From Endomicrobiales bacterium (GTDB lineage Bacteria > Elusimicrobiota > Endomicrobiia > Endomicrobiales > CAWCFT01), in NCBI GenBank assembly GCA_963794945.1, contig CAWCFT010000001.1, positions 32,001 to 96,000 on the forward strand: a DNA stretch of 64,000 bases. Reading direction: 5' to 3'. This document shows positions 46,098-55,232 of the stretch, in pieces. Both the position numbers and the translations under genes were made by a program. The notes beneath the pieces are model-generated. The model was not told where the DNA came from, did no database searches, and worked only from the letters and a program-made list of their open reading frames with translations. Each line of letters starts with the position of its first letter. Positions within the stretch are counted from its first letter, which is position 1.

Positions 46098-46400
46098 ATG
46101 GACGAAAGACGATTATCTACCAGAAAACTTATGTCAAGCGCGCTTAAGATCTATTCGGAAGACGGCTGCCGAACAATCGGCTACGGGCAGATCGTTAATC
46201 TCAGCGAAGGCGGAATGCGCATGATCAGCGACAACAAACTCGGCGTGGGCGAAAAATTCAGCCTTCACTTCAGGATCCCCCACAGCTGGAATCTCGATTT
46301 CATCGGAGACGTCGTCCACAAAGAAGCCGCCATAGAATGCATCGCGTACGGCATAAAGTTCCAAGAAGGCCAGGACACGTTCATCCTTCAACTGCTATGA
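46098..46400 (+). CDS. Stand-alone PilZ-domain protein
   Basis: RxxxR (RLSTR) and NxSxGG (NLSEGG) motifs and C-terminal YGIKF. GAGG RBS upstream. Confidence 0.85.
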   Translation: MDERRLSTRKLMSSALKIYSEDGCRTIGYGQIVNLSEGGMRMISDNKLGVGEKFSLHFRIPHSWNLDFIGDVVHKEAAIECIAYGIKFQEGQDTFILQLL

Positions 46401-46432
46401 TCTGAGACCATTGAAAAACCTAAAATACTGCC

Positions 46433-46529
46433 GTCATTGCGAACCCAAGGGGTGAAGCAATCTCGTCTTTCCGATGCAACAACGAGATTGCCCGCGTCGT
46501 CCCGCAAGGCGGGACTCCTCGCAAAGACA
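46433..46529. repeat. Palindromic element, family A (GTCATTGCGA...CTCGCAAAGACA)
   Basis: Near-identical to 49122-49213. Internal stems GCAATCTCGT/ACGAGATTGC and GTCCCGC-AAG-GCGGGAC. Confidence 0.85.
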
Positions 46530-46549
46530 TTACAAAAAGAAGCACCAAT

Positions 46550-47909
46550 TCAAGATATCTCCCTCTTTAATACAAGAGAAAAACCTTTCCTGAACAAATT
46601 TATAAAATGCGTGAGCATGCTGTTTAAATTATAACTGGGAAGCCCTTTCAAAGTATACAGAAGCACATTGATAATCGTGTTTTCCTTAAGATAAAACCCC
46701 ACCCGCATTTTTCTAGAAAGCCTGTAAACTTCCCTCTGCTGTTCTTTTGGGTAAGCGTCCGAACCCGGCCCCGCGGAAACCCCGTAAAATATGCTGCCGT
46801 CTTTCCCGCCCGACACCTCGGGAACGAAATAGCTGAAATGGGCCCTTATACCTTTCTCAACCGCCCAAGCAAGCGTTGCCTTATCTTTTTCGTAAGTGGA
46901 GCCGGGAAGCCCGATTATAAAGAACGCGCTTACCATTTTGAAATGCTTTTTCGCGGTATCTATGGCGTTAGAAATATCATTGAAACTCTCGCCTTTGTTT
47001 ATGTTTTTCAATATTTCCGGGTCAGTGGTCTCGGCTCCGAACCCCGCGTGGTAACAACCGGCATCCTCCATGGCTATCGCCACTTCATTATCGAACCTGT
47101 CCGCCCTTATGCCGTTAGTGCACGCCCACTTAAGGCCCAGAGGTCTTATAAGCCTGCAAAACTCTACAACTCTATTCTTGTCTATATTAAAAGCGTCGTC
47201 GAGTATTTCGAAATATTTTATCCCGTATTTTTCCTTCGCCTGTTTAAGTTCCTCAAAGCAGTTCGCCGCGCTCCTGGAGAGCCACTTCCTGTTGCGCGAC
47301 GCGCAGAAGCTGCACTGGTACGGACAGCCCTGCGACGTCATTATAGGGTACGCCCAGAAGCCTGTCTGCCAGTTTGGTCTTGAGATAATTGTAAGAATCG
47401 AACAGCTCGTAATCCGGGAACGGATAGCTGTCGGAGAACGGCTCGGAAAAATCAAGCGAATCTTCCCACTTGATGTACGGGTAACAGCACTGCACATCAA
47501 CGAAACCCGTCACCGACCGGACCGCGGCCTTTGGAAACTTTGAGCTGTATATCCGCCGGGCGCGTTCCGCCTCACGCTCGGTAAATGACTTGACAGAAAT
47601 TCCCAGAACGTCCGCCTCAACTTTCAGGAACCGGTCCCTGGGATATGGCAGTATGTGCTGGTCTATCACTCTCGCCTTGTGGTACGTCGCGGCGTAGGCG
47701 AGGCCTATGTTAGGTATGTTAGAATTGACGTCCGTTTTTGGGTCTAGCAGAAGCAATTTGACATTATTGAAAGGTTCTTTAGATGCTGTCATCCCGAACC
47801 CTATTTTTGGAGTGAGGGATCTTGTTTCCGATGAAATAAAAGATTTCTCTCCCGCCGTAGCGGGATCGAAATGACACAATAGTGGGTTATTCAACTGACT
47901 CAATTTCAT
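46550..47909 (-). CDS. Radical SAM protein of the B12-binding class with a shortened N-terminal domain (frameshift ~47374)
   Basis: PNIGLAYAA, PFPDYELF, TSQGCPYQCSFC, DDAF, NGIRAD and IIGLPG across two ORFs. Confidence 0.8.
47787..47895. repeat. Palindromic element, family A, lying inside the 5' end of an ORF
   Basis: TGTCATCCCGAA...GAGGGATCT...AGATTTCTCTCCCGCCGTAGCGGGATCGAAATGACA. Confidence 0.8.
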
Positions 47910-49084
47910 ATATTGTTGTAATAATCCAAAAGCGCGGGGATCACCACGCTGTCCAGATCATATTTTGCCGCTGTCTTGTAACCTTCAGCTATCATTGTCT
48001 CGCGGAGCGCAGCTTCCGATAGTAGTTTGTTTAGAGCCGTTTTTAGCCCTTCTTTATCTTTAAAGAGGATACCGTCTTTGCCGTCCGTGATAATAGTCTT
48101 TACCGCTGAAAACTCGCTTTCCAGCGCAGCCACCGGGACGCCAAGCGCCATGGCTTCAACGACGATTATCGCAAAACCTTCTCTTTCCGACGGGATAACT
48201 AACGCTTTTGAGCCCTTGATAAGCCCGTAGAGCTCATCTTTTTTTAGAAAGCCGGTGAACTCCACTTTCTTTTCAACACCGAGCTTCGCGGCAAGCCGTT
48301 CAAGTTTTTCTTTTTCCGGGCCGTCGCCGACAATTTTAAGCACGGCACCTTCGCGCGCGATCTCGCTGAAAGCCTCAATAAGAAGGTCTACGCGCTTATG
48401 GCTTATCAGCCTTCCAGTAAATATTATTCTGACTGCGTCAGGGACAGAAGGCACTTTTTTTAAAATTTCCAACTCTATCGCGTTAGGAATGACTGTGATA
48501 TTACCGGGATCTATGCCCAGCATCTTAACGGCCCTTTCCTTTGTGAATTGAGAGTTCGCGATATTATTAGCGCTAACCTTCGCGCAAACCAGCTCGCTTA
48601 TCCAGCCGGCTACGCCCATTAGCTTCGCGTAAGATATCCAGTATTTTAACCCCCACACCTCGTGCCAAGTTACAACGAATTTTGTTTTCCTGAGTTTTCC
48701 TGACACTAAAAGAGCCAGCCAAGCGGATATGGCAGGAAGGTAGGGTATGTTTCCACAGTCTACTACATCATAAGTGTTACCCAGCAAATGTTTGAATACA
48801 TGGTATGCGAAGTATACAGTTTCGAACGCGGATCTCGTGCTGTTATTGCTATAAAGAGGGACAGCTTTGCATATGCCGATAAGGTTTATCCCATCTTCAA
48901 CTATCCGGTCGTCACCCTGCCAGTATTTCATGCCGACGAGCGCCGCTTCGTGGCCTTTTTTGGCGAGAGCGCCGGCGAACTCCCTGCATCTTTTTTCGGC
49001 GCCGCCTATGACGTACGGGTATATCGGGTCGTACACAAATGCTATCCTCAAATAAATACTCCATATTACGGCGACTAAGATCAA
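47906..49084 (-). CDS. Glycosyltransferase family 4
   Basis: GGAEKR, TWHE, GRLISHKRVD, VGDGPE and PSEREGFAIIVVEAMALG. The exact start codon is uncertain. Confidence 0.9.
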   Translation of the reverse strand: MILVAVIWSIYLRIAFVYDPIYPYVIGGAEKRCREFAGALAKKGHEAALVGMKYWQGDDRIVEDGINLIGICKAVPLYSNNSTRSAFETVYFAYHVFKHLLGNTYDVVDCGNIPYLPAISAWLALLVSGKLRKTKFVVTWHEVWGLKYWISYAKLMGVAGWISELVCAKVSANNIANSQFTKERAVKMLGIDPGNITVIPNAIELEILKKVPSVPDAVRIIFTGRLISHKRVDLLIEAFSEIAREGAVLKIVGDGPEKEKLERLAAKLGVEKKVEFTGFLKKDELYGLIKGSKALVIPSEREGFAIIVVEAMALGVPVAALESEFSAVKTIITDGKDGILFKDKEGLKTALNKLLSEAALRETMIAEGYKTAAKYDLDSVVIPALLDYYNNI

Positions 49085-49121
49085 AAATCAAATATTAAAT
49101 ATCAAAACTAAGATGTTCGCT

Positions 49122-49213
49122 TTGCGAACCCGAAGGGTGAAGCAATCTCGTCTTTCCAACGTAACAGCGAGATTGCCACGTCGTCCCGCAAGGCGGGACT
49201 CCTCGCAAAGACA
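49122..49213. repeat. Palindromic element, family A (direct repeat of 46433-46529)
   Basis: TGCGAACCC..GGGTGAAGCAATCTCGTCTTTCC...GAGATTGCC..CGTCGTCCCGCAAGGCGGGACTCCTCGCAAAGACA. Confidence 0.85.
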
Positions 49214-49239
49214 CCCACTATAATGCTTCTTCAGTGATC

Positions 49240-50385
49240 TCATCTTTGACTTTTAATCTTTGATTTTTGATATTTTTTGTTCTTGATTTTGATTATCCCC
49301 GGGAACATCTTTAACGCCTTAAAAAGGTTTTTCATGTCCATGGGGTTGCACTTGGCGCACGCGCGGAAAGCTTCATAGTTCTTCTTCGATTTAAAAAGTT
49401 TTCTGAGCGCCCTCATCTTCTCACCGTTCCATGCGGTGCCCAGTTCGCTTTTAAAGAGGTTACCCGTTCCGCCTTCCTCAAGCTTACCCGAAGGATAGAG
49501 GCTGCAGCACGGGCTAACGTCGCCCGAAACAGTTATAAAGAGCTGAAGCCACGGAAGCAGGCAAACACCGCGTTTCAGCGGGTTCAGGGGTGCCTTACCG
49601 CACGCTATCCTTATATAATCCGGGTTATCCAGAGTCTCTACGAGGTTTGTCTTTACTCCGGCGTCTTTGGCGTAAGCCAGCGCCTCGCGCATTTCTGTTT
49701 CGATGTCTTCGGGTTCGAACCCGCTGAGAAGCCCGCTCTTGACTTCGTCCTCTACGCGGGATGTATCCAGAAGCCTGAAAAGCACGGCGTCGGCTTTAAG
49801 CTCTTTTGAGAGGTCTATCATCGCTTTCATCTGATTGAGGTTTTCTTTCATCACAACGTAATCTATCCGCAGGGACGGCTTTGCCGAGCCTGTCCGTGTT
49901 TTAGCTTCATTGAGCGCTCGAATGTTTTCCAGCACTTTGAAAAGATAATCCTGCCCGCGGATGGCCTTGTAAGTAACCGCATCAGGAGAATCTATGGACA
50001 CTTTTAGTATGTCGAGGCCCGAGGAAATAATGTTTTCTATGGTCTTAGGTGTTACAGCGGTAAAATTGCTCGATGTAAGCGTTACCGCGCCGCTTTTCTG
50101 TTTTGAGTATTTTACCATTTCGAAAAAATCCGGGTGAATGAAAGGCTCGCCTGTCGCCGCGAGGTTGACCGAGCCCGGCATGATGTCGTCTATTAACTTC
50201 TTGAACACGTCAAGGCTTATCGATTTGTTCTGTTCCTCTTTTTCAAGGACATAGCGCGGGCACATTTTGCATCTGAGGTTGCAGGAGGTTGTGATATCGA
50301 CTTGTATGTTCTCGGGGTTGATGTTTACCGACTGCGGTTTTCGCAGGAGTGAGATTAGCTTGGGTATAGATCTGGTCAGGTTCAT
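49240..50385 (-). CDS. Radical SAM protein with a SPASM/twitch-like domain
   Basis: CNLRCKMC and GEP; C-terminal CLLPW...GDVSPCC...GNL...WNG...CAKC. Confidence 0.88.
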   Translation of the reverse strand: MNLTRSIPKLISLLRKPQSVNINPENIQVDITTSCNLRCKMCPRYVLEKEEQNKSISLDVFKKLIDDIMPGSVNLAATGEPFIHPDFFEMVKYSKQKSGAVTLTSSNFTAVTPKTIENIISSGLDILKVSIDSPDAVTYKAIRGQDYLFKVLENIRALNEAKTRTGSAKPSLRIDYVVMKENLNQMKAMIDLSKELKADAVLFRLLDTSRVEDEVKSGLLSGFEPEDIETEMREALAYAKDAGVKTNLVETLDNPDYIRIACGKAPLNPLKRGVCLLPWLQLFITVSGDVSPCCSLYPSGKLEEGGTGNLFKSELGTAWNGEKMRALRKLFKSKKNYEAFRACAKCNPMDMKNLFKALKMFPGIIKIKNKKYQKSKIKSQR

Positions 50386-50395
50386 TTGGTAGTGG

Positions 50396-51547
50396 TCAGC
50401 CGCTCTTCAGGAATTTTATCTGGAACATGCTTGAAAGGAACGCCGTAAAAGCCAGCTGTATGCCTATGTTTAGGAACGTCAGCGAAAATATAGCGAGTTT
50501 TATGGTGTCTATCTCGAAGATCTGAAGTTCGCCGAAACCTTTTTGCGCCCATATATAGAATATCCTTCCTATAGAAAAAAGGCCTACCAGAAAAATTATC
50601 AGCCCGATCACAAGCATTCTTTCAAGGCTGAAGAATTTTATGAATTTCTTAACAAAAGCACTGTCGAGGAGCCCTATGGAATCTGCGTAAACGACCGCGC
50701 AGAAACCCAGGTTTATTATCTGCCAGCCGAGAAGCGTTGTTATGCTCGCGAACACCATTGAGCGGATGTCCCAGGGATGCCCGAACAGCCAAACGGGCCC
50801 GAACAAAAACTTTATAAGCAGTATAACGCTCGGTACAAAAAGCACCAGCGCCGGAATGAAGTACAGGTAGACCGGGCTGTAGAGGAGCATGAAACGCATG
50901 TGTCTCCACGCGTCCCTGAAAGAGTCAAGCTTGGACTCGCCGCGCCTCGCGTAATAAACTATGGGTATTTCGGTGATCTTGAGTTTCTTCTTCAGGCTGT
51001 GTATGACCATTTCGGAAGCGAATTCCATCCCTGTGGTGTGAAGGTTCATCGTTCTGTAAGCATCCTTAGTAAAAGCGCGCAACCCGCAGTGCGAGTCGGA
51101 AACATTGCCGCCGAAAAAAAGCCTCAGGATCCCCGAAAGTATCGGGTTGCCTACATACCTGTGCGACCAGGTCATCGCGCCCGGAAGGATCTTACCTTTG
51201 AAACGCGACCCCATGACGAGGTCGTAACCCTCGCGCAGCGCGGCAACGAACTTGTGCGTTTCTGAGAAATCATACGTGTCGTCCCCGTCGCCCATGACGA
51301 TATATTTACCAAGCGCTTCTTCAATGCCGCGCCTCAAGGCGCTGCCGTATCCTTTCTGGGCCTCGCGTATAACCCGCGCGCCAAGGCTTGCGGAGATCTC
51401 TTCCGACCTGTCGGTCGAGCCGTTATCTACGATTATCACTTCGCCTTCGATGCCTGCCTGTTTGAACGAGCTTTGCGCCTTAGTTATGCAGGCAGCTATG
51501 GTTTCTTCTTCGTTCAGGCAAGGGATAACGACCAATACTTCTACCAT
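50396..51547 (-). CDS. GT2 glycosyltransferase, polyprenol-phosphate glycosyltransferase (DPM1/GtrB-like) with C-terminal TM helices
   Basis: IPCLNEE, VDNGSTD, GYG, DGDDTY, GSRF, DSHCGLR and R.GESKL, followed by a hydrophobic C-terminus. Confidence 0.88.
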   Translation of the reverse strand: MVEVLVVIPCLNEEETIAACITKAQSSFKQAGIEGEVIIVDNGSTDRSEEISASLGARVIREAQKGYGSALRRGIEEALGKYIVMGDGDDTYDFSETHKFVAALREGYDLVMGSRFKGKILPGAMTWSHRYVGNPILSGILRLFFGGNVSDSHCGLRAFTKDAYRTMNLHTTGMEFASEMVIHSLKKKLKITEIPIVYYARRGESKLDSFRDAWRHMRFMLLYSPVYLYFIPALVLFVPSVILLIKFLFGPVWLFGHPWDIRSMVFASITTLLGWQIINLGFCAVVYADSIGLLDSAFVKKFIKFFSLERMLVIGLIIFLVGLFSIGRIFYIWAQKGFGELQIFEIDTIKLAIFSLTFLNIGIQLAFTAFLSSMFQIKFLKSG

Positions 51548-52623
51548 CAGACGAACTCCTTCATGACGACGTTAGCAAGCAGGTACCCGCGGCGGGTGAG
51601 CCTCAAATTCTTGCCGCAGATCTCAAGCAGTTCATTGCTGACCAGCCGCTCTATCGCGCTGCCGTACTTATCGGTGACTTCCTTTGTCAGGCATATGCCC
51701 GGCATACAGCGCAGTTTAAGTATTATCTCTTCAGAGAGCTTTTTGTCGGAATCGATAACATCTATTTCGTCAGCCGGGTTCTCGCCTGAACCAATTTTGC
51801 TTATATAATTTTCTATACCTGCCATGTTCTTCCAGCGTTTGCCGTTCAGGTGCGAGGCCGCCGCGGCTCCAACTCCTATGTATTCCCCGTTCTGCCAGTA
51901 GATCATGTTGTGGCTGGAACGCCGCCCCGGCAGCGCCCAGTTTGATATCTCATAATGCTCGTAACCCGCGCTTTCAAGGAAATCCAGGGACCAGTCATAC
52001 ATATCGGCCTGGCTCTCTTCTTCGGTAGTGACGCATATCCTGTGGAATTCGGTGTTGGGTTCTATAGTGAGCGGGTAGATGGAAACGTGCTCGCTCCTTG
52101 CACAAAGGGCGCTTTTGAGGTTATTCTGCCATTCTTCGAGGGATTGTTTCGGCAGGCCGTAAATGAGATCGATATTTATGTTGTCAAAACCCAGCCTGCG
52201 GGCGTTATCGAGGCAATTCCAGAAGTCTTTAGATGAGTGGACCCTTCCCAGAAAGTCCAGCTCTTCCGTGCAGAAAGATTGGACGCCGATGCTCAGCCTG
52301 TTTACCCCGAGCGACCTGAGAGCCAGAAGCTTGTCCTCGTTTAGCGACTCCGGGTTGGCTTCAACCGTTATCTCGGAGAGTTTGCAGTCGAACCTGTCGT
52401 AAACATTCTTGAATATATCGGTAAGGTTTTCAATGGAAAGAACGCTCGGTGTCCCGCCTCCGACATAAAGCGTGGCAAGGGAAATGCCCTCGTACCTCTT
52501 CATCTCCCCTATAAGCGCGCTCGTGTAGGCGTCAGCCAGTTCTTTTTTGTACGGAACCGAGATGAAATCGCAGTACTTGCATTTCTTTTTACAGAAAGGA
52601 ATGTGCAGGTATAGCCCGTACAT
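51547..52623 (-). CDS. hemW: Radical SAM heme chaperone HemW (HemN-like)
   Basis: LYLHIPFC..KC.YCDF, GGGTPS, EANP, RLSIGVQS, DLIYGLP, YEISN and HN..YW. Confidence 0.9.
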   Translation of the reverse strand: MYGLYLHIPFCKKKCKYCDFISVPYKKELADAYTSALIGEMKRYEGISLATLYVGGGTPSVLSIENLTDIFKNVYDRFDCKLSEITVEANPESLNEDKLLALRSLGVNRLSIGVQSFCTEELDFLGRVHSSKDFWNCLDNARRLGFDNINIDLIYGLPKQSLEEWQNNLKSALCARSEHVSIYPLTIEPNTEFHRICVTTEEESQADMYDWSLDFLESAGYEHYEISNWALPGRRSSHNMIYWQNGEYIGVGAAAASHLNGKRWKNMAGIENYISKIGSGENPADEIDVIDSDKKLSEEIILKLRCMPGICLTKEVTDKYGSAIERLVSNELLEICGKNLRLTRRGYLLANVVMKEFV

Positions 52624-52642
52624 GTCGTGTTTTCCTTTACGC

Positions 52643-53536
52643 TTAAGCTTTGTTATCCTGCTTTTTGTCCTTAAATAGTTCAGCAACGCCTGCTATTGAA
52701 CCGAGCACGCCGCTGGTCTCTAGCGGAAGGAATATCTTTGTGGCCTGGCCGTTGGCAACCTTTTCCAAAGCTTCCAGGTACTTTATGGCGATAAGGTCGT
52801 TAGTAGGCCTGCCGGAATGTATCGCGTTGTAAACTATTTCTATCTGGTATTTATCCGCGTCAGCAACCTTTCTTATGGCTTCAGATTTTCCTTCGGCCTC
52901 AAGAATTACGGACAGCTTTGCTCCTTCGGCCTTAAGTATCGCCGCCTGGCGGAAGCCTTCGGCCTCAAGTATGTTGGCGCGTTTTTCACGTTCCGCCTTC
53001 ATCTGCTTGGACATCGCGTCCGTAATGTCGCGCGGAGGGTCTATTTTCTGTATCTCTACCCTTGTAACTTTTACTCCCCACTTGTCGGTAGCCTCATCCA
53101 GCACTTCTCTCAGCTGGTGGTTTATTTTTTCACGGGAGGTAAGCGTTTGGTCAAGTTCAAGGTCGCCTATAACGTTCCTGAGGTTGGTCTGGGCAAGCTT
53201 GAGCGAGGCCATGCCGAAATTGGCAACGTTGTAAACAACTTTGACAGGGTCGGTTATCTGGAAATATATTACCGCGTCAACAGTAACGAGCACGTTATCT
53301 TTTGTTATTACATCCTGCGGCGGCACATCAATGACTTGCTCCCTCATGTCTACTTTGCGCAGGCGCTGGAACGGCGGGAAAATTATAGCCATGCCCGCGT
53401 CCACCGACTTCGTGTACTGCCCCAATGTTTCAACGAGGCCCTTTTCAGCCTGCTGAACTATCCTAACGGCGCGGATAACGTATATCACGGCCAGGATAAC
53501 TATTACGGCTATCAATCCTTCAGGGGATGTTTGCAT
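52643..53536 (-). CDS. SPFH/Band 7 (stomatin, QmcA-like) membrane protein
   Basis: N-terminal [28 protein letters not shown] and QMKAERE. GGAGG RBS before the ATG at 53536. Confidence 0.92.
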   Translation of the reverse strand: MQTSPEGLIAVIVILAVIYVIRAVRIVQQAEKGLVETLGQYTKSVDAGMAIIFPPFQRLRKVDMREQVIDVPPQDVITKDNVLVTVDAVIYFQITDPVKVVYNVANFGMASLKLAQTNLRNVIGDLELDQTLTSREKINHQLREVLDEATDKWGVKVTRVEIQKIDPPRDITDAMSKQMKAEREKRANILEAEGFRQAAILKAEGAKLSVILEAEGKSEAIRKVADADKYQIEIVYNAIHSGRPTNDLIAIKYLEALEKVANGQATKIFLPLETSGVLGSIAGVAELFKDKKQDNKA

Positions 53537-53675
53537 ATAAGCCTCCGTTTTACTAATAAATTTAAATTTCAAACATCAAATATCAAAATTTAGGTTAACG
53601 ATCTTTAGGATTCTTTTCAATATATCTTTTAACTTTAATTTGTCATTTTGATCTTTGATTCTTGATATTTGATTT

Positions 53676-54095
53676 CTATGTCTTTTTAACTTTCAGCCTT
53701 GTACCTTCGACGGCAACGACCTCCACCATCGCGCCTTTTTCTATCTTTTCGGTGGATTCGATTCGCCAAATCTCGCCTTCGATCTTAGCCACACCAAGCG
53801 CAGGCGGATTTACCGGTTCAGTAACCTGAGCCAACTTACCTATAAGCGCGTCCACGTTTGATTTTTTCTCGCCTTTCTGGAAATATCTTCTCACTATGGG
53901 CCTTATGGAATATATCGATATCAAAGAAACCGCCGCGAATATTATCCACTGCCAAAGCTCGCTCTTTATGAACAAAGCGCCGAACGCCGTTATAAGCGCC
54001 CCGGCCCCGAGGCAAGCGAAGAAGAAACCGCCGGGAGTGATTATCTCAAAAACGAACAGTATTATCGAGCCCGTTATCCATATTGACCAATGCAT
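53676..54095 (-). CDS. NfeD-family membrane protein (short form)
   Basis: TM helices then LIGK.A.V...GEIW...V.VVAVEG..LKV; paired with the SPFH gene. Confidence 0.88.
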   Translation of the reverse strand: MHWSIWITGSIILFVFEIITPGGFFFACLGAGALITAFGALFIKSELWQWIIFAAVSLISIYSIRPIVRRYFQKGEKKSNVDALIGKLAQVTEPVNPPALGVAKIEGEIWRIESTEKIEKGAMVEVVAVEGTRLKVKKT

Positions 54096-54175
54096 CTTTA
54101 CGCCTCCAAAATCATATAGTTTCCAGCATTTTTCACTGGTTCATATTATATTACTTTTAGAGCTGATTGTAAAAC

Positions 54176-54207
54176 AAAAAAGCAGGCGTAAACTTCGCCT
54201 GCTTTTT
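54176..54207. terminator. Rho-independent terminator after lepB (symmetric)
   Basis: AAAAAAGCAGGCG-TAAACTT-CGCCTGCTTTTT. Confidence 0.8.
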
Positions 54208-54231
54208 CATATTTTTGTTTAGCAAAACTAA

Positions 54232-55080
54232 TTATTTTATCAGCCTTATCCTGTCCGGAGGCCAGTAGAGGAAAAGCGCCCTGCCTTTCATGTTCCTGTT
54301 TGGCAGCGGGCCCCAGAAACGTGAGTCGAAAGACCTGTCGCGGTTGTCACCCATGGCGAAATAGTACCCGGGAGGCACAATAACCGGCCCAAAATTGTCC
54401 CTTATGACACCTGCGGGAAGAGTGTCGAACTTACCTTCCTCCCACGCCCTTTGGTATTGTTCGGAAGTCGGGAATATTTTCACCGTGGGATAAACGTTTA
54501 TATCCGCGAAAACGGCGTAAGGCTCTACCAGCTGCTTGCCGTTAACAAAAACATTCTTGTTCTTTATCTCAACCGTATCGCCGCCAACAGCTATGCAGCG
54601 CTTGATGAAATCCTTGTCGATATTCTCGGCGCGTTCGGCCTGGGTGAGTGCTGACGGCGGGCACTTGAAAATAATTATATCGCCTCTATGAACCTGACGG
54701 AATGGCAGGACCCTGTTGCCGCCGCTGAAAGGTATGTGGATACCGTAAATAAACTTGTTAACGAAAAGGTGGTCGCCTTCAAGCAGAGTCATGCGCATGC
54801 TGCCGGAAGGGATCTTGAAAGCCTGCACAAGGAAATACATAAGGAACGCCGCGAGGATCACCGCTGACCAGCCGGTCTCTATCCATTCGAACAATTCCTT
54901 ATTGAGTTTCTTTTCTCCGGCCGCAGGGTTTTTCTTCATGTCGCGGCGCATCACCATCGAAAGCAGAAAAGCTACTAAACCCGTGATAAAAAGCTTTACC
55001 TCCATGGACATTACCGTGTTCATGAACACGGCCGTTATAATGCCGGCCGACACCAAAAGCGAAAGATATGTCAGTATCAT
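54232..55080 (-). CDS. lepB: Signal peptidase I
   Basis: IPSGSM, GD...VNKF, DFIKRC and MGDNRDRSFDSRFWG. Confidence 0.95.
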   Translation of the reverse strand: MILTYLSLLVSAGIITAVFMNTVMSMEVKLFITGLVAFLLSMVMRRDMKKNPAAGEKKLNKELFEWIETGWSAVILAAFLMYFLVQAFKIPSGSMRMTLLEGDHLFVNKFIYGIHIPFSGGNRVLPFRQVHRGDIIIFKCPPSALTQAERAENIDKDFIKRCIAVGGDTVEIKNKNVFVNGKQLVEPYAVFADINVYPTVKIFPTSEQYQRAWEEGKFDTLPAGVIRDNFGPVIVPPGYYFAMGDNRDRSFDSRFWGPLPNRNMKGRALFLYWPPDRIRLIK

Positions 55081-55232
55081 TTTTACTCCTTTTTAAATCC
55101 GGAAAACTGGGCACTTTAAACGATAAACTTTATTAGATCTGTTTACCCTCTAACTTTATCCTGTTGCCAGATATTTTTTAGACTTATTTTACTGCTTTGC
55201 CGTCCGCACACCGGCTTAGGTGATTTTCCCGT

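Noticed and set aside
32351..50385. SPASM radical SAM genes as a RiPP cluster
   Set aside because: No precursor peptide, RRE/PqqD domain, peptidase or exporter was recognised, and the neighbours are sugar enzymes.
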